The position numbers and the translations under genes are program-made. Source: Thermodesulfobacteriota bacterium (GTDB taxonomy: Bacteria > Desulfobacterota_D > UBA1144 > Nemesobacterales > Mycalebacteriaceae). From it: 64,000 nt of DNA. Every line of letters starts with the position of its first letter. The first letter of the stretch is position 1. Positions 61,283 through 64,000 of the stretch are shown one piece after another. The stretch lies in the NCBI GenBank assembly GCA_965198945.1, contig CBDAQI010000013.1, positions 128,001 through 192,000 on the forward strand, read 5' to 3'. Under the pieces are notes generated by a model. That model had not been told where the DNA came from, did no database searches, and was given only the letters and a program-made list of their open reading frames with translations.

Positions 61283-63436
61283 CTATTCAAACACCCTTCC
61301 GCATCTTTCCACTGAAACAACGCCTTCAAGTATTGAAAGAGAATCAATAATTTTTTCCAACTGACATATATCCCGGACTTTCAAAAGAAAATTGTATTTT
61401 CTGCCTTCTTCAAACCTCTTTGTTTCTTTCGTCAGCACTTCCGTGCACTGGGAATCCACTATCTCATTCACCGAGGAAAGAACTTCATCCCTGTCCGTGC
61501 AGGTCACGGAAATACCCGTTGTGGCCTCTCCTTTGAAATCTTTTCTCCATTGCACCGGAACAACTGTTTCCGCATTCATATCATTGTCGCGCATATCACA
61601 ACTTGCCGAATGAACAACAACGCCGCTTCCTCTGGTTATATAGCCCTCTATCCGTTCACCCGGAACCGGCAGACAACAGCCTGAAAACCTTGTCATTGAA
61701 GCTTCGCTGTCTGCAACTATCATTTTTCTGCTCTCCGGGTCTGCGACCTTGCCCAGGATTTTTTCTATTCTGATCATTTTTTCAGGAGTAATTGCCGAAT
61801 CCGGATCAATAATTTTCTGCAAGTCCGTTACGGACGCGCCGCCGAAACCGACCATGCGGAAAAAATCTTCGGGACTGGAAAACCCCAGTTTTTTAAGAGG
61901 TTTGAGAATTTCTCCGGACTCTATCATTGAGTTCAGGTTTCTGCCCGTTGAAGCAAGCCGCCTTTCGCAGATAGAGCGTCCTATATCCAGCGATTTTTCT
62001 CTTCGTGTTTTGGAAAATTCTTTTTTTATCCTGTTTTTCGCCTGCGGGGTAACAACCCATTTCAGCCAGTTTTCCGAAGGCCGCGTATTTTCCGAAACTT
62101 TTATCTCAACAAGATCGCCGGTTTTCAGGTGAGTGTTCAGCGGAACGGACTTTCTGTTGATAATGGCCTCACGGCAGCGGTTGCCTATGCTTGTGTGAAT
62201 ACGATAAGCAAAGTCCAGCGGTGTTGAGCCGACGGGAAGCTCAATCAGCTCGGCTTTCGGGGTGTAAACATATATGACGGTCGGCTCAAGCTCCGCTTTC
62301 AGAGAATGTATAAAGCCCGCGGGGTGAACGCCGTTTTCCGTTTCGGCAAGATCCCCTATTCTTGAAAACTTCTTTCTTATCTCGGCATCGGTTACCCCGC
62401 CCCCCTTGTAACCCCAGTGGGCGGCTATGCCTTTTTCAGCAAACTCGTGCATTTGCCGGGTTCTTATCTGGATTTCCATCTGCTCTCCGTCCGGTGATAT
62501 TACGGTGGTATGGATGGATTGATATCCGTTGCTTTTTGGTAGAGAAATGTAGTCCTTAATCCTGCCCGGCACCGGATTCCACAAACGGTGAACCTCTCCC
62601 AAAGCCAGATAGCAGTCGCTTATGGACTCCGTTATTATACGAAAAGCGATTATGTCATAGAGTTCACTCAACTCAAGATTCTGCCATTTCATTTTTCCGT
62701 ATATGCTGTAAAAGTTTTTCACCCTGCCGAAAACTTCGTTCCTTACCCCCGCATCAAGCAGGCTTTTTGAGATTTTTACCTTTGTCTCTTCTATTTTTCT
62801 CTTGCGTCTTTCCACTCCCTTTTGAAGTTTGTGCTCAATTTTTGCATATTCACGCGGATTGAGAAATTTGAAGGAAAGGTCTTCAAGTTCTGAAGCAAGC
62901 CATCCTATGCCCAGCCTGCGGGCAAGAGGGGCGTAGATTTCCAGGGTTTCTTTTGATATTTTCCTGCGTCTTTCGAGAGAGAGAACTTCAAGGGTTCTCA
63001 TGTTATGAAGCCGGTCGGCAAGCTTTATGAGAACAACCCTGACATCCCTTGCCGTCGCAAGTATAAGTTTTCTGAAATTCTCAGCCTGTCTCTGTTCATC
63101 GCTTGAATAGGAAAGCTCCCCAACTTTTGTCGTCCCGTCCACAAGATGGGAAATTTCATCGCCGAACAACCGTTTGATGTCTTCCTGAGTGGCGAGAGTG
63201 TCTTCAATAGTGTCGTGCAGAAGCCCGGTTGCAACGGTATTATTGTCAAGCCCCATCTGCGCAAGTATGAGTGAAACTTCAAGAGGATGGCTCAGATACG
63301 GCTCCCCGGAAAACCTCTTTTGGCCGGCATGCACCTTGGCGGAATAAACATATGCTTTCTTTATAAGACTGATATCTGATTCCGAAAGGGAACCGCAACG
63401 CCCGGCTTCATCAATAATATCGTTAAGTCTTATCAT
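61283..63436 (-). CDS. Bifunctional (p)ppGpp synthetase/hydrolase (Rel/SpoT)
   Basis: LLHDTIED hydrolase motif, KLADRLHNMRTL, RIKD, NGYQSIHT, EIQIRT, TGS and ACT domains. Confidence 0.95.
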   Translation of the reverse strand: MIRLNDIIDEAGRCGSLSESDISLIKKAYVYSAKVHAGQKRFSGEPYLSHPLEVSLILAQMGLDNNTVATGLLHDTIEDTLATQEDIKRLFGDEISHLVDGTTKVGELSYSSDEQRQAENFRKLILATARDVRVVLIKLADRLHNMRTLEVLSLERRRKISKETLEIYAPLARRLGIGWLASELEDLSFKFLNPREYAKIEHKLQKGVERRKRKIEETKVKISKSLLDAGVRNEVFGRVKNFYSIYGKMKWQNLELSELYDIIAFRIITESISDCYLALGEVHRLWNPVPGRIKDYISLPKSNGYQSIHTTVISPDGEQMEIQIRTRQMHEFAEKGIAAHWGYKGGGVTDAEIRKKFSRIGDLAETENGVHPAGFIHSLKAELEPTVIYVYTPKAELIELPVGSTPLDFAYRIHTSIGNRCREAIINRKSVPLNTHLKTGDLVEIKVSENTRPSENWLKWVVTPQAKNRIKKEFSKTRREKSLDIGRSICERRLASTGRNLNSMIESGEILKPLKKLGFSSPEDFFRMVGFGGASVTDLQKIIDPDSAITPEKMIRIEKILGKVADPESRKMIVADSEASMTRFSGCCLPVPGERIEGYITRGSGVVVHSASCDMRDNDMNAETVVPVQWRKDFKGEATTGISVTCTDRDEVLSSVNEIVDSQCTEVLTKETKRFEEGRKYNFLLKVRDICQLEKIIDSLSILEGVVSVERCGRVFE

Positions 63437-63448
63437 TCAACTTCAGAT

Positions 63449-64000
63449 TCAGTCAGAATATGCCGCTTTGATGCTTTCTATTCTTTCTTTACGGGTTCTA
63501 AACATCTTTATGGCGGACTCAATCTCTTTTTTTGCGTCATCAAGTTTGTCATTCACAATTACGTAGTCGTATTGGTGAATAAGGGAAAGCTCCTGTCTTA
63601 ATGAATCAAGTCTTTTGTTTATGCTGCCCGTATTTTCGGTGTTTCTTTTTCTGAGCCTTTCCTTGAGCCTGGCAATGTCAGGCGGAGCGACAAATATCAA
63701 AACGGCTTCGGGAAATCTGTCTTTAATGCTCCCGGCGCCTTTGACATCCACATCCAGAATTACATCAGCCACTCCTCCCGCGGCCGAAGACGCCTTTTTT
63801 ATCTCATTCCACGGGGTTCCGTAACGGTTTCCGTGAACAACCGCCCATTCGGCGAAATACCCTTCGTTTATAAGGCGGTCAAATGTCTCATCGTCAACAA
63901 AATCATAGTCATTGACATCGCCGTTATCTTCCGGTCTGTGCTCACGCGTTGTACAGGAAATGGAAAAATCCACCTCCGGCATCACACTTCTTATATGTTT
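63449..64000 (-). CDS. gmk: Guanylate kinase (5' end truncated by window edge)
   Basis: SISCTTR, EWAVVHGNRYGT, LDVDVKGA, IFVAPP, YDYVIVND. Confidence 0.93.
   Translation of the reverse strand, partial: KHIRSVMPEVDFSISCTTREHRPEDNGDVNDYDFVDDETFDRLINEGYFAEWAVVHGNRYGTPWNEIKKASSAAGGVADVILDVDVKGAGSIKDRFPEAVLIFVAPPDIARLKERLRKRNTENTGSINKRLDSLRQELSLIHQYDYVIVNDKLDDAKKEIESAIKMFRTRKERIESIKAAYSD

Overview
A densely packed, moderately AT-rich chromosomal segment from a diderm (Gram-negative) bacterium, read in the standard code (table 11). Gene order and protein style resemble a deltaproteobacteria-like lineage. A Ca. Dadabacteria-like, possibly host-associated organism is my inference, not a verified assignment. 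Contents: merR-tRNA-Pro-surE; a six-gene alternative complex III operon (actABCDEF) followed by an unannotated 46-aa membrane ORF; purM, purL, purF; bioD, bcp, SufT-like and tpx; a decaying LolA-like / beta-barrel / MMPL-RND transporter triad; ribBA-ribH-nusB-trpD-trpC; tRNA-Cys and tRNA-Leu; a MoxR-vWA pair interrupted by an AT-rich PD-(D/E)XK nuclease gene; the tRNA-tuf-secE-nusG-rplKAJL-rpoBC-valS block; and gmk-rel-lepB-pyrRBC-MFS-lysS-lolCE-lolD-bamA-skp-fabZ. The most striking observations are in the core expression machinery. RpoB carries a ~60-aa insertion that aligns by eye with the ribosomal L7/L12 C-terminal domain. RpoC carries a ~250-aa insertion containing a J-domain-like half motif. 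tuf has codon usage unlike its neighbours and a G257S-type substitution. L11 has lost conserved Pro22 and Gly24. rpoZ, rpmG, lpxD and lpxA are missing from their usual positions. Six accessory genes are broken while the core genes are intact, suggesting ongoing genome decay. All alignments were done by eye; no searches were run.
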